64,000 bases of DNA from Stegostoma tigrinum (Eukaryota), in assembly GCF_030684315.1 (NCBI RefSeq), contig NC_081368.1, positions 26,097,899 to 26,161,898 on the forward strand. Reading direction: 5' to 3'. A program made the position numbers and the translations under genes. Position 1 is the stretch's first letter. The number at the start of each line of letters is the position of its first letter. Positions 51,841 through 63,508 of the stretch are shown in pieces. Below the pieces are notes generated by a model. The model was not told the DNA's origin. It saw only the letters and a list, made by a program, of their open reading frames with translations, and did no database searches.

Positions 51841-52304
51841 ATATGTTTTAGAAAAGCAAAAAATTTCAAGTTTCAATATTGCAACAATGTCCAAGGCTAA
51901 GGAGGTTCCTGATTGCCGTACTGCGGTTTGTGAGATTTTGTGTGAAACTCCTCCTGGGTAAACATGTGAGGGAATTCATATACTGTAAACTGTCTATACC
52001 ACAAAGCCCCCGGGGCGGGGGCGGGTAATTAATTTGCATGTGGTTTCCTTTAAACTTAGGAGCTTTGTTTATATATAAAAGTAACTCTGTTTCCCAATGT
52101 ACAAATTATTGCCCAATTCCATTCCGATTTGAAAACATTATGAATGTGAAAAGATGTGGCTTGCATTCTCCGAAAATTCCAGAATCTTCTGAGATTTCAT
52201 CAAATCTTCTAAATGTTAAAAGCTCATACTGTAATAAATTCAATGTAGAAGTGTTTTACATTTTCATTATTCACTTTACCCTCTAATATCTTTCACCTTT
52301 TTCT

Positions 52305-52645
52305 TCATTCATTCACAGGGTGAGGGTGTTGTTGGCTATGCCAGTATTTACTGTCCATCCCTACTTGTCTGAAAGGAAGTTAAGAGTCCACCATATTGCT
52401 GTAGGGCTGGAGTCACGCATGTAGGCCAGACCTGGTAAAGATGATAGATTTCCTTTCCTAAAGCACAGTGGTGAATCAGATGAGTTCTTCCTCCCGCAGT
52501 AAAGAACAGTTTCATGGTCATACAGTACAGACTTCTTTTAAGAAACATTGAATTCAGATTCAATGGTGGGAATTGAACCTGACTCCTAAGATCATTACCT
52601 GGATTTCTGGATTACCAGTATAGTGATAATACTACCAGCCTCTCG
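52305..52645 (-). mobile_element. tRNA-derived SINE (second family)
   Basis: Homologous to 32187-32520 (TTCATTCACAGGGTGAGGG...CTGGAGTCAC...GTAGGCCAGACC). Confidence 0.78.
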
Positions 52646-52776
52646 CAGACAAGCTTTTTAAATCATCATGATACTACTGTCTAAAAGATGATTATCTGGT
52701 CCCTCAGTTCGACATGATTTTATTCCAAGTTCTGAAGAATTGCAGAAAGGATTGAGGAAATGTTCCATTTGGGATT

Positions 52777-52958
52777 AAAATCAGAAATTGCTGGAAAAAC
52801 TCAGCAGGTCTTGGCAGCATCTGTGTCGAGAAAATAGAATTAATGTTTCAGGTCCAGTGACCTTCAGAACTCACTACTGCTGAGTTTTTCCAGCAATTTC
52901 TGATTTTATTTCTGATTTCCAGCATTAGCAGTTCTTTAGGTTTTTTTTCCTCATTCTT
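52777..52958. mobile_element. Inverted-repeat mini-element from a different PLE subfamily
   Basis: Perfect 31-bp inverted repeat 52777-52807 / 52877-52907, tail, and TSD CATTTGGGATT at 52766-52776 and 52959-52969. Confidence 0.82.
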
Positions 52959-52989
52959 CATTTGGGATTTATGGGCCAACCAAGATTCT

Positions 52990-54250
52990 TGGGCACAATA
53001 AAAAAAGTTCTTGACAATCCAGAGCAAATGTCTGTTTTCTTCCAGTTTGGCCTGTGTAATGGCTCTCACAGTCCTTGCATGGCTTTTGTATATTATGTCA
53101 GGTTTATTGGTTGTGGGTATGGGTTCCTTTACGTTTGTCAGTGGCTGTCGCAGGGTGATTGTTGGTTTGTGGGCTATGCTGAGACCTAGGGGTCTGAGTA
53201 GTCTTGTGACCATCTCTGATATGTCTCTGATGTACTGTTGGGTGACTTATGTGTTTGACTGTGTTGTGTCTTCTTGTTGTGGTCTGTTGTGGAGGTAATG
53301 GCAGATTGTGCTTTTTGGGTATCCATTCCTTTTTAAAACTCCGTATAAGTGCTCTTGTTCTCCTGTGCACAATTCTGGATTGCTGCAGCGTGTTGGCCCA
53401 TTTGAATAACATCCTGATGCAAGTCCATTTATGGGTGTGGGGATGGTTGCTGGAGGAATTAAATATCTGGTCTGTATGCGTGGTCTTTCTGTATATGCTA
53501 GTCTGGAGTTCGCTATTGCTCTTAAGTTCTATCTGTATGTCTAGGAAGGGTAGTCAGTTATTGTTCTTCTTTTGTGAATTTTATTCCAGTAAGGATGTTG
53601 TTTGTGTAGGTGGCTTTCTTCTAGTCTTGGGTGTTTGATAATCATGAAGGTGTCATCTGCATAGCGGACCCATAGTTTGGGTTGTATAGTGGGGAACGCC
53701 ATTCATTCTAACCTTTGCATTACCATTACTGCAAGCAGTCCTGATATTGGGTTCCCAATGGTGTTCCATTGATTTGATTGAATATATGGTCATTGAAAGT
53801 GAAGTGGGTTGTGAGACACAGATCTAGCAGTTTCAGGTGCTGTCCTGGTTAATGCTGTTGGTGTCATGGGGTGCCTGCCTTCCTGATTTGTCCACTAGTG
53901 TGGCAATTGGCTCTTTGGCTTGGTCGATGTTCATGGATGTAAATAGTGCCGTTACACTGAAGGATATTATTATCATTATCCTCACCGGAATAAAATTCAC
54001 AAAAGAAATTCACAAACCAGTTTAACTGGACCCAATATATAAGCCACTGAAGAACAGAACCAGAAGTGATGCCAACCACCCCAGCAAACCGAGGCATGCA
54101 GATAACAAACGGGACAGAATACCAATGATTCACTGGAGGTGCACTGACGATGTTACCTAGCAGGGTGACAAAATGTCTGCAACCAAACTGGCTAGGCGAG
54201 CAAGTCTATAACCTCTTCCTAACCCAAGCTACAAATCTTCTCAAAAACTT
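52990..54250 (-). mobile_element. Poseidon-like PLE: minus-strand RT/GIY-YIG remnant plus inverted plus-strand pLTR (~53990-54250)
   Basis: Minus strand PMGNPISGLLA and WVRYADDTFMII RT motifs, and VTRLLRPLGLSIAHKPT...IIYK. Decayed hammerhead GCA-CTGACGA-TGTTACC TAGCAG GGTGACA-AAATGTC-TGC at 54141-54180. Confidence 0.85.
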
Positions 54251-54571
54251 TAATGATGTTTAATGTTCTCAATTATTATCAAACAACTTCTCTGGCCCTG
54301 AAAATTCACTTTTACTAATATGGAGTCCCTTGTTTTTTAAAAATATATTGGGACACTGATAACATTAAAAAGGAAATGTTTAAATGATTATACTTTTTTT
54401 TAAAAAAAATTCTCTCTTTTTAACTGAATTTCCTTTCCTTCATCTTATTTCATTTTCTGACAGCTCCTAGTTTTGTCACTGCATGCTTCTGATTAGTTAA
54501 GGAGATAGTAGTTGTTTGCCTCATTTACACAAATTCCAGATCCACTGGAGAAGGCTGTATCGAAATAGTTA

Positions 54572-54897
54572 TCACAGAATCCCTACAGAGTGGAAACAGG
54601 CCCTTCGGCCCAACAAGTCTACACTGACCCTCTGAAGAGCATCCCACCTAGACATATCCCCCTACCCTTTCCATGTAACCCTGCATTTCCCATGGCTAAC
54701 ACACCCAATCTACAGATCCCTGAACACAATGGGCAATTTAGCACAACCAATCCACCCAACCTCCACGGCTTTGGATTATGGGAGGAAAGTGGAGCACATG
54801 GCAGAAACCCACGTAGACATGGGGAGCATGTGAAAGCTCCACAGAGACAGTTGCCCGAGGGTGGAATCAAACCCGGGTTCCTGGCGCTCTGAGGCAT
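54572..54897 (-). mobile_element. HE1-like V-SINE
   Basis: Reverse complement of the family at 44790 and 62718. Confidence 0.85.
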
Positions 54898-55262
54898 CTA
54901 AACACCAGATGCATCTGTGCAAAATCCCATAGAGAGTCTACTTTTCTCCTCATGGTTAACAGTTCAGAGGTGTTGTGATATACTTCTCAGCAAGTAGGGT
55001 TTGATCCCAAACCACCTCAGTAGTAAGAACACTGCCACAATGCTAGTGAATCTTTGGTCAAATTTAAGTATAATCAATGATACCTGCTGTTTATTCACTA
55101 TTGACTGAAAGATCTGGCCCAATAAGTTTTGAATTTGAAGAAAGAAGCTAATCAAGTTTTTAGAGGAAGAGAGAGTATATCCATCAAAAGGGGTTATTAG
55201 GTCAAATGGCTTCTTCTATTCTTGAACATTTTCACGATTTATGTGTTCAAGGAGGCATAAAC

Positions 55263-55268
55263 TTTATT
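55263..55268 (-). promoter_or_regulatory. Candidate polyadenylation signal of the connexin gene
   Basis: TTTATT on + (AATAAA on -), ~630 nt downstream of the stop and before repeats resume. Confidence 0.5.
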
Positions 55269-55893
55269 GGAAACATTTTGGCAATCATTTTCTTTTCCAA
55301 CTATGCATATATGATCATGGAAATCATGCCAAAACTTGGCAGTACATTAATGTGATTGATTGACTAATTAATTAATGATTTCATTGTTACAAAAATGACA
55401 AATTCCAGTTGCTTACGGAAAGAAAATTTCACAAACCCTTTTTGATGATGACAATAACCCTATAAATGTTTCAGGATTCATAGGAATTTTAAATAAAGTT
55501 TAGTTCTTTGAATTCCATATGAACTGAGCATCTCTGTTAATAAAAACAGGGAGAATATTGGACTTTCCAACTTGTAAAATAAGGGAACAGTGGATTTCTG
55601 AAATTTCATTTCTTTCAAAGAGCAATTTTGCTCCATTTATACTGACACTGGTGTTTTCATATGGAAGAAACAAATGACATCAACAATGCAACGCATATAA
55701 ATCAAACATAACTGACACCTTATTCTGGTGTTGATACAAGAGCTATGTATCTACTTTGTCATGTTGGTCAATTTGTCACTTTGACAGTTTTCCCATTAGT
55801 GGCTGGATTCAAATTTTAGGGGGAGCTTTTCTTTTGAAATTCAAATGGAATGATTTCTTTAGTCAGCAATTCATCACTTAAGCAGCCAGAAAC

Positions 55894-56970
55894 TCAGATT
55901 GCTAGATCATCAGATCTAGTTCGATTGCTCTGCTTGCTTGTGTCACTATTCTTCCGTTTGTTGGTCACAGAAACATGGCTACTGGGGAGTGAGCTTGTCT
56001 CCTCGTGTCTCTCCTGTTTGTCATCCATCATGGCAAAGTTGTCTTGGTTTTGCTTTGTTGCCATATTGCCATTGTAAGGCTGCGTCACAGAATTTGTTTG
56101 TGTCATGGGAGAGACACTGTACCTTGACTCCATCTTATATAGCTGTGGCCCATTGTGGTTGGAAAGGTATTGGTAACTAGGTGCAGAGGGCTGCATTCCT
56201 GCAAGCGAGTGACCCCCATTTTGCTTACAGGTTGCTTTTGAGACATGACTTTCCTTGACCCTGTCTCTATATTTCTTCACTCCCAGATGACATACTTCAA
56301 TTAGGTTCAAAACTAGTGAAAGGCAAGCCATGACCAGCATGAAAATGATGAAAATGGTCTTTTCAGTTGGACGGGAGATATAGCAGTCAACAGGGTTAGT
56401 ACAAGGCTGGTAGTTACACTTGTAGAGAGGTTTCAGCTCAAAACCGTAGAGGTAATATTGGGCTAAAATAAAGCCAATTTCAAAAATGGTTTTGAAAATA
56501 ATGTTGAACAAATATGTATGGAGAAGAGCTCCTTGCATTCTAATTTTGCCCTGTTCATCCAGCAAGGAGCATTTAACATTCTCTGCATTCTGTGTCAGTG
56601 CTTCCTTGTTTCCGTCCAGATATTTACTCAGCTTCTCTTTTTCTTTCTGCTTCCGTTTCTCCTCCATTCGCACCAGGTGGAAGATGTGGCCCAGGTAGAC
56701 CAGAGTTGGGGTGGACACAAAGATGATCTGCAGCACCCAGAAGCGGATGTGGGAGATGGGGAAGATCCTGTCATAGCAGACATTCTGACAGCCAGGCTGA
56801 TTGGTGTCACAGGTGAAGAAGGACTGCTCATCTCCCCACACTTTATCGGTGGCTGTCCCCAGCACCAGAATGCGGAAGATGAAGAGACACGTTAACCACA
56901 CCTTCCCTACCACAGTGGAGTGTTGCTGAGCACTTTCCAACAGGTTCTGCAAGATACTCCAGTCTCCCAT
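55894..56970 (-). CDS. gja2: Alpha-type gap junction protein (connexin), 358 aa; best fits the gja2/cx39.9 group (GJA3-like)
   Basis: MGDW N-terminus, [12 protein letters not shown]1 C-x6-C-x3-C ([12 protein letters not shown]), [21 protein letters not shown]2 C-x4-C-x5-C ([12 protein letters not shown]), [10 protein letters not shown]-terminal RSDDLAI. Connexin identity is certain. The gja2 orthology is inferred from recalled similarity to teleost Cx39.9 and the position next to zmym3. Confidence 0.88.
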   Translation of the reverse strand: MGDWSILQNLLESAQQHSTVVGKVWLTCLFIFRILVLGTATDKVWGDEQSFFTCDTNQPGCQNVCYDRIFPISHIRFWVLQIIFVSTPTLVYLGHIFHLVRMEEKRKQKEKEKLSKYLDGNKEALTQNAENVKCSLLDEQGKIRMQGALLHTYLFNIIFKTIFEIGFILAQYYLYGFELKPLYKCNYQPCTNPVDCYISRPTEKTIFIIFMLVMACLSLVLNLIEVCHLGVKKYRDRVKESHVSKATCKQNGGHSLAGMQPSAPSYQYLSNHNGPQLYKMESRYSVSPMTQTNSVTQPYNGNMATKQNQDNFAMMDDKQERHEETSSLPSSHVSVTNKRKNSDTSKQSNRTRSDDLAI

Positions 56971-56986
56971 TCTTTCCTGTGTTTAG

Positions 56987-57050
56987 CTTAACAGAGAAAA
57001 TTGAGGGGGTGGGAGGATGGAGAGAGAGGAAGGAAAAAACAGAAGTTAGT
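56987..57050 (-). promoter_or_regulatory. Splice acceptor region of the connexin 5'-UTR intron
   Basis: Minus strand ACTAAC branch point (57050-57045), ~50-nt polypyrimidine tract, then TAAG| 16 nt before the ATG (alternative ACAG| 6 nt before). A non-coding exon 1 plus one coding exon is typical of connexins. Confidence 0.7.
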
Positions 57051-57293
57051 ATGTTTGGCATACCATCTCGGTTTTCTTTGGATTACATAATTTCTCAAGC
57101 ATTTATGCCTGAATTAGTAGGTCCTTTCTCAAAAGGGGAACATACTCTGCATACCAAACAAGAAACAAACTTCCCAGTTGTAACTGGTTTTGCTGAAAGG
57201 TCATTGACCTTTAATATTGGACAGAATCTTCTTGTAAAGGGCAAAAGCACTGAAATCCAGGGAATGTTTTAGCTGACCAGCAGGCTCAGTTTG

Positions 57294-57371
57294 TAGATAA
57301 CAAGGTGTGGAGTTGAATGAACACAGCAGGCCAAGCAGCATCTTAGGAGCAAGAAGGTTGACATTTCGGGG
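57294..57371 (-). mobile_element. Short solo PLE pLTR-end remnant
   Basis: AGATAACAAGGTGTGGAG...GAACACAGCAGGCCAAGCAGCATC...TGACATTTCGG, flanked by TCAGTTTG at 57286-57293 and 57372-57379. Confidence 0.75.
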
Positions 57372-58429
57372 TCAGTTTGGATGTGAGGCTAACTCTGCTT
57401 CCTCCTTATAATATCGTAATCACAAGGTGGCAGATTTGTGGAGAATGTGGCCAGTTAAAAAACAGCAGGCAGTCCTCGCATGTTACTGGTCCAGTTAGAG
57501 ACTGGAAACTCTGTAGCCTCAGCAATGCCACTGAATGTCAGCAAGGAAAACACCACGGTGATTCCACTTTGAGTCACCCTCACAGGAATGAGGGGGAAAG
57601 TCATTCTTTTTGTTGGGCTAAAACAGTAAGGACGTTGGTCACTGGTGGTCCCCTTCTTGAACACTGCAGTCCTAATCCTCTACCCCAGGATGCTACTTGG
57701 AGGCAGCTGTTGGACAATCTTTGCAGGAAGGGTGTGGCTTTGCCATCAGCAGTTTGCCAATGGTGCAGGAAAATTACCTTTAATTATTTAAATTGCCCGG
57801 TTGCTGATTGGTACAATGTCATTGGGGCTGGACATTTTACAAGCTCACCTATCTCCCATGCAGAGGATTCTGGGCTGGTGAAGTTGTCTCCAGTGAGATG
57901 TTGAATGTTTTCACTATTCTCGGCTTTTAATTCTACATGACTCCTTTCGTCGCTTCATTCCTGATACGTGATTGCAGTGAGCAAAATTCAATTTTGTCTC
58001 CAGTTTAAAAAAAAAACGCAAACGTGCAACCAAACACCCTAATCTAACTATTTCGAAGAAAATCGAAAGGACAAGGCAATGTGGATAAGAACAGTAACTG
58101 TTGCCAAGAGGGGAAAATGAGGACAGAAAAGTTAATTCATGGTTGATGAGATGTAGTTTTTTTTTAGAAACACTAGACAGATGCTACCAATGCAAGTGTT
58201 TAGAAAAGGAGTTCAAAAGGAAAATAGCATCATGGCTGAAACAACAATAACGACAGCATGAAGAAACAGAAGTACAATATGCAGTGGAGTGATGTGTAGT
58301 TAGAAGAGAGCAATGAGGTGGTATGGAATGGACCTGGTTAAATTCACAGCAGCTGCACAATTATTTGTTGTTTCTATGTTGCATATTACGGATATCCCTT
58401 CCCCTTTCCAATCATACTGGTATTACCAT

Positions 58430-59934
58430 AGTGGTATACCCCAACTCTTCCTCCGTTACATTGATGACTGTATCGGCGCCGCCTCTTGCTCCCCAGAGGA
58501 GCTCGAACAGTTCATCCACTTCACCAACACCTTCCACCCCAACCTTCAGTTCACCTGGGCCATCTCCAGCACATCCCTCACCTTCCTGGACACCTCAGTC
58601 TCCATTTCAGGCAACCAGCTTGTAACTGATGTCCATTTCAAGCCCACCGACTCCCACAGCTGCCTAGAATACACCTCCTCCCACCCACCCTCCTGCAAAA
58701 ATTCCATTCCCTAATCCCAATTCCTCCGCCTCCGCCGCATCTGCTCCCACGATGAGGCATTCCACTCCCGCACTTCCCAGATGACCCAGTTCTTCAAGGA
58801 CCGCAACTTTCCCCCACAGTGGTCGAGAACGCCCTTGACCGCGTCTCCCGCATTTCCCGCAACACATCCCTCACACACCCCGCCCCCGCCACAACCGCCC
58901 AAAGAGGATCCCCCTCGTTCTCTCACACCACCCCGCCAACCTCAGGATACAACTCCTCATCCTCTGACACTTCTGCCATCTACAATCTACGATGACACCA
59001 CCCAAGACATTTTTCCATCCCCACCCTTGTCTGCTTTCCGGAGAGACCACTCTCTCCGTGACTCCCTTGTTCACTCCACACTGCCCTCCAACCCCACCAC
59101 ACCTGGCACCTTCCCCTGCAACCGCAGGAAGTGCTACATTTGCCCCCAAACCTCGTCCCTCACCCCTATCCCAGGCCCCAAGATGACTTTCCATATTAAG
59201 CAGAAGTTCACCTGCACATCTGCCAATTTGGTATACTGTATCCATTGTACCCGGTGTGGCTTCCTTGACATTGGGGAAACCAAGCGGAGGCTTGGGGACT
59301 GCTCTGCAGAACACCTCCGCTCAGTTCGCAATAAACAACTGCACCTCCCAGTCACGAACCATTTCAACTCCCCCTCCCATTCTTTAGATGACATGTCCAT
59401 CATGGGCCTCCTGCAGTCCCACAATGATGCCACCTGAAGGTTGCAGGAACAGCAAATCATATTCTGCTTGGGAACCCTGCAGCCCAATGGTATCAATGTG
59501 GACTTCACCAGCTTCAAAATCTCCCCTTTCCCCACTGCATCCCAAAACCAGCCCAGCCTGTCTCTGCCTCCCTAACCTGTTCTTCCTCTCACCCATCCCT
59601 TCCTCCCACACCAAGCCGCACCTTCCATTTCCTACCTACTAACCTCCTCCCACCTCCTTGACCTGTTTGTCTTCCCTGGACTGACCTATCCCCTCCCCAC
59701 CTCCCCACCTATACTCTCCTCTCCACCTATCTTCTTTTCTCTCCATCTTCGGTCCGCCTCCCCCTCTCTCCCTATTTATTCCAGAACCCTCACCCCACCC
59801 CCCTCTCTGATGAAGGGTCTAGGCCTGAACCGTCAGCTTTTGCGCTCCTGAGATGCTGCTTGGCCTGCTGTGTTCATCCAGCTCCACACTTTGTAATCTT
59901 GGATTCTCCAGCATCTGCAGTTCCCATTATCTCT
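58430..59934 (+). mobile_element. 5'-truncated PLE: RT C-half (YIDD), GIY-YIG endonuclease, pLTR and tail; disabled
   Basis: FLRYIDDCIG...FTNTFHPNLQFTWAISSTSLTFLD, then CIHCTRCGFLDIGETKRRLG, with in-frame stops. TSD CTGGTATTACCAT at 58417-58429 and 59933-59945. The hammerhead at 59807-59834 has GAAC for GAAA. Confidence 0.93.
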
Positions 59935-60693
59935 GGTATTACCATGCTTCTGACATGAAACATTTACTGATGTCTTACGTGCAATTAGCGTTTAAAATCT
60001 AGCCATACCGGCAGTGTCAACGTCACTATGTTTAGATAACAAAATTTGTAAATTAGAGAAATTAAGTAACGATTGCAATGTTCTGTCCATTTTTACAGTA
60101 TCACACCAGCGGTTATAAAGTATATTGCAGTCCATTTATGCGTAAAGTTTTTGTGTTTTCTTATCAAATAATTGGTTCAAATTCATATGACCAACAGTAA
60201 GCTTTTGTGAATTTAATAATAATAAAGATTATCTATTGTCACACACTTGGCCATGTTTAAAATGTGATAACTTATGCACACACACAAAAATGCACATGCA
60301 ATCACACAAAGATAAACTTACAGAAAAACAATACAGTTTTAAACCATTTTTGTTGCTTTCACGGCTGACCTGTAGATTCTTAGATGAATTGATGCTTTAG
60401 CTGAAGTGATGGTCTTGTAAAACAGATGATTCTCTGGAAGTTATGTAGCATCCTCTGATTGAATTGCCAAGATATCAGCTCTTGAACTTGGAACAGGTTG
60501 AGGGAAAATCTTTTTCTTCCCTCACTTTCCAAGGTATAGTTATTTATTAACTTAGCTGCATAATCTTCTAACTGGTTCAATTACCCTTTTAAAATGAGGT
60601 TGAAAACATAGCAAGCTCATTTGTTCGCTTGATTTGTTAAAAGTTCAAAATCCTTTTCCAAATGTAGTGGTGTGTTAGGCTAGTAAACAACCT

Positions 60694-60895
60694 CAGAGAT
60701 AGTGGGAATTGCTGCTTGCTGGAGTCTGAGATAATAAGATGTGGAGCTGGATGAACACAGCAGGCCAGGCAGCATCAGAGGAGCAGGAAAGCTGGCGTTT
60801 TGGGTCTAAGGATCCAGACCTGAAACATCAGCTTTCCTGCTCCTCTGATGCTGCCTGACCTGCAGTGTTCATCCAGTACCACACCTTGTTGTCTA
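60694..60895. mobile_element. Palindromic PLE-derived mini-element (tail on the left)
   Basis: Inverted arms ~60728-60806 and ~60814-60894. TSD TAGTAAACAACCT at 60681-60693 and 60896-60908. Confidence 0.88.
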
Positions 60896-62717
60896 TAGTA
60901 AACAACCTGTTGCGTTTTTCACACAATATGTTTTTGAGACAGCTAAGGATCTTTGTGTTTGGAATGAGAAATAATAACAACACAATGAAAGGTCTATGTG
61001 AATCATTTGGTGTACATAAGATTCGTTGAGTTTTTATATCTCTGTTGTCCATGGTGAAATAGAAAGATGAAACAACTTTTATATGTTAATGTTCTCTTTG
61101 ATCCTGAAACAAAAGGATGTGTGAACTTCACGAGTAGCTGAAAGTGTCTGTATTTAATTACGTGCTTGCTTGAACTTTAGAATTGGAGCCACTGTTGCCA
61201 ATTTCACATGAATGCTGAGCCTGCCACTATCTTGAAAGTTTTCTCCTTCCCATTTGAAAAAATAACTTTCAGTTTTGTAATATCTTCTTGCCTTTACTAG
61301 GTTTGACCAGAGGCTGCAGCTCACTCCTTCCATAAACTGCTTAAAAAAAAAAGGCCACTCAGGCCGTCGAATTCAAGGCTCGGTTCCCAAGGATCATTTA
61401 CACTTTAATTGATTTTAACCAATTGTATTTATTTTGTGAGAAAAGCTTAAAAAAAACTTTCTTGTTCTGTGCTTTCTTATGTTTTTATGTAGTGTGAAGC
61501 ACTAGTTATTGCAACTCATGACCATTAATATTCTAATCTTAAATTTTACAACAAAGCATTGATGAAAATATTTGGAGACGTTATTTTATAAAGAAACCAC
61601 AAACCTTCACTTTCTGTAAATCTCAAGCCAAACATTAAGAAAAATAACAGTCTGTGGATGAAATCTTTGTCAATTTATTGCTGTCCACTAGTGATAAGTG
61701 TTTGGCTTGTCAGGCATATTAACATCTGCAGCACGGAGATTCACAAATTTCTCCATTATATATAGCCAATGTCTTTTTATTTGCATGTAGCTCAAGCTGC
61801 TGGTGCTAATAAATCTTTGTCTGATTTAGTACCTCTATACTAATGAGGCAGCAGTGAGAGTAACAGATACTTTTTTAACTGTCCAGAGTCATGAAATTCA
61901 AATTGGTCAACCAGTAAGTAAAAGTTATAAGCAGAAATAAAATGGAGCCACTGGATTTGTGGAGCAAAGTTTAGCCATTCAAAGAGTCACAAATGACACC
62001 AAAGTTGTAATTCAAACAACCCTGTTAAGGGTTAAAGGGTAATGACTGTAAGGTAGGAAGGAATCTATGTCTGGACAATTACACTAATTAGTTTTCCTCC
62101 TTTATGTAATTCCACTTAGAAATGAAATGGTTGGATTTATTCAGTGTACAGAATGTTTATAACAAATAAATAAGAAATTATTTGTATAAGATGAAAACAT
62201 AGTTTCAGATGTGACTAAACAATATGCTAGCCTGTTTTGGACAGCCTTTATATCTGGGTATTCTCTACAATGGACGAACACATTCTATAGAGTGGGCGCG
62301 AGGTGAATTGGTGACTTGTGTCCTACGTTACCTTGTGACTTACGTAGTATTGGGGTCCGTTAGCTTAGATGACTAGACTGTGGTGCACAATGACATCATC
62401 AACAGTAGCTCAGTCCCTGCACTTGCTTTGGCAGTTCATGGTGACCTACCTCCTTGTCTCATACTCCTTGATGCAGAGTAGTGCTGTCAAGCAAAATAAC
62501 TGCTTGTCATTCTCTTATGGAGAGAGATGCCTATGGTCTTCATAGACGGTGGCTAATTACCTACACATTAACTATGTATTAGAGGGTAAAGAGCAAAGTT
62601 TCAACTGTGTGTATGTTTGTAATTGCACATCCAAGTCCCCATTACTGTGAATAAATGCGAAGGGTAGCACAGATAATTGTTGTCAAAAGTACCCTGTTCA
62701 ATCAAGCTATAATGGGA

Positions 62718-63062
62718 AGGCATGATGGTTCAGTGGTTAGCACTGCTGCCTCAGCGCCAGGGACCCGGGTTCGTTTCCAGCTTCAGGTGGCCATCTGTGT
62801 CGAGTTTGCATGTTATCCCTGTGTCTGCGTGGGTTTCCTCCTGGTAATCTGGCTTCCTCCCACAGTCTAAAGATGTGTGGTTTAGGTAGACTGGACATGC
62901 TAAATTGCCCATAGTGCCCAGGGATGTGCAGGCAAGGTGGAGTAGATAGGGGAATGCAGGGCTACAGGGATGGGGTTTGGGTCTGGGTGGGGTATGTTCA
63001 GAGGGCCAGTGAAGACTCAATGGGCTGAATGGCCTGCTTACACTGTAGGGATTCTATGATTT
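62718..63062 (+). mobile_element. HE1-like V-SINE
   Basis: GGTTCAGTGGTTAGCACTGCTGCCTCA...GGGACCCGGGTTCG...CTGTAGGGATTCTATGATT. Confidence 0.87.
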
Positions 63063-63508
63063 AAAAGTAATTATGTAAACTGCACAAATTTTAAATATTA
63101 AAGTACAAAAGGTCATGCAATGGAGTTGCAGTCACAGAAATTGTTAGAAGTAAACATAGGACAGCAACACAATACAGCCTCCGGTGTAGAGAGATAGCAG
63201 ACGTTATCCAAACCAGATGACAACAAAATTAATTTCAGTGATAATCTGAGAAAGTCATCTGTAAAGATTAGGAGCAGAAACATGGTAATAAGGTAAAATA
63301 GGCTAAAAACATTCATTTATGACCTTTCGTGCCAATGTTTGGATATTTTCATATTTTTGGTTGGAATATTAAAGCTGACATAAAGTGGAACTTTGAATTA
63401 TTATTCATAGATAGGAAGGATCACTACAGTGCTTTTATGTCATGATTATAACTCATGGGTAATTACAGAAGAATGCTGTCCTATGAGAAACAGATGCACA
63501 TGAAACCT

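Noticed and set aside
52006-52026. GC boxes (GGGGCGGGGGCGGG) as a promoter
   Set aside because: Isolated, no CpG island and no adjacent 5' exon evidence.
57377-57904. 175-aa ORF antisense and upstream of the connexin
   Set aside because: Non-ATG start, no recognisable domain or splice context; probably chance or decayed repeat.
58313-59437. Active autonomous PLE ORF
   Set aside because: 5'-truncated at the YIDD motif, with stops and frameshifts.
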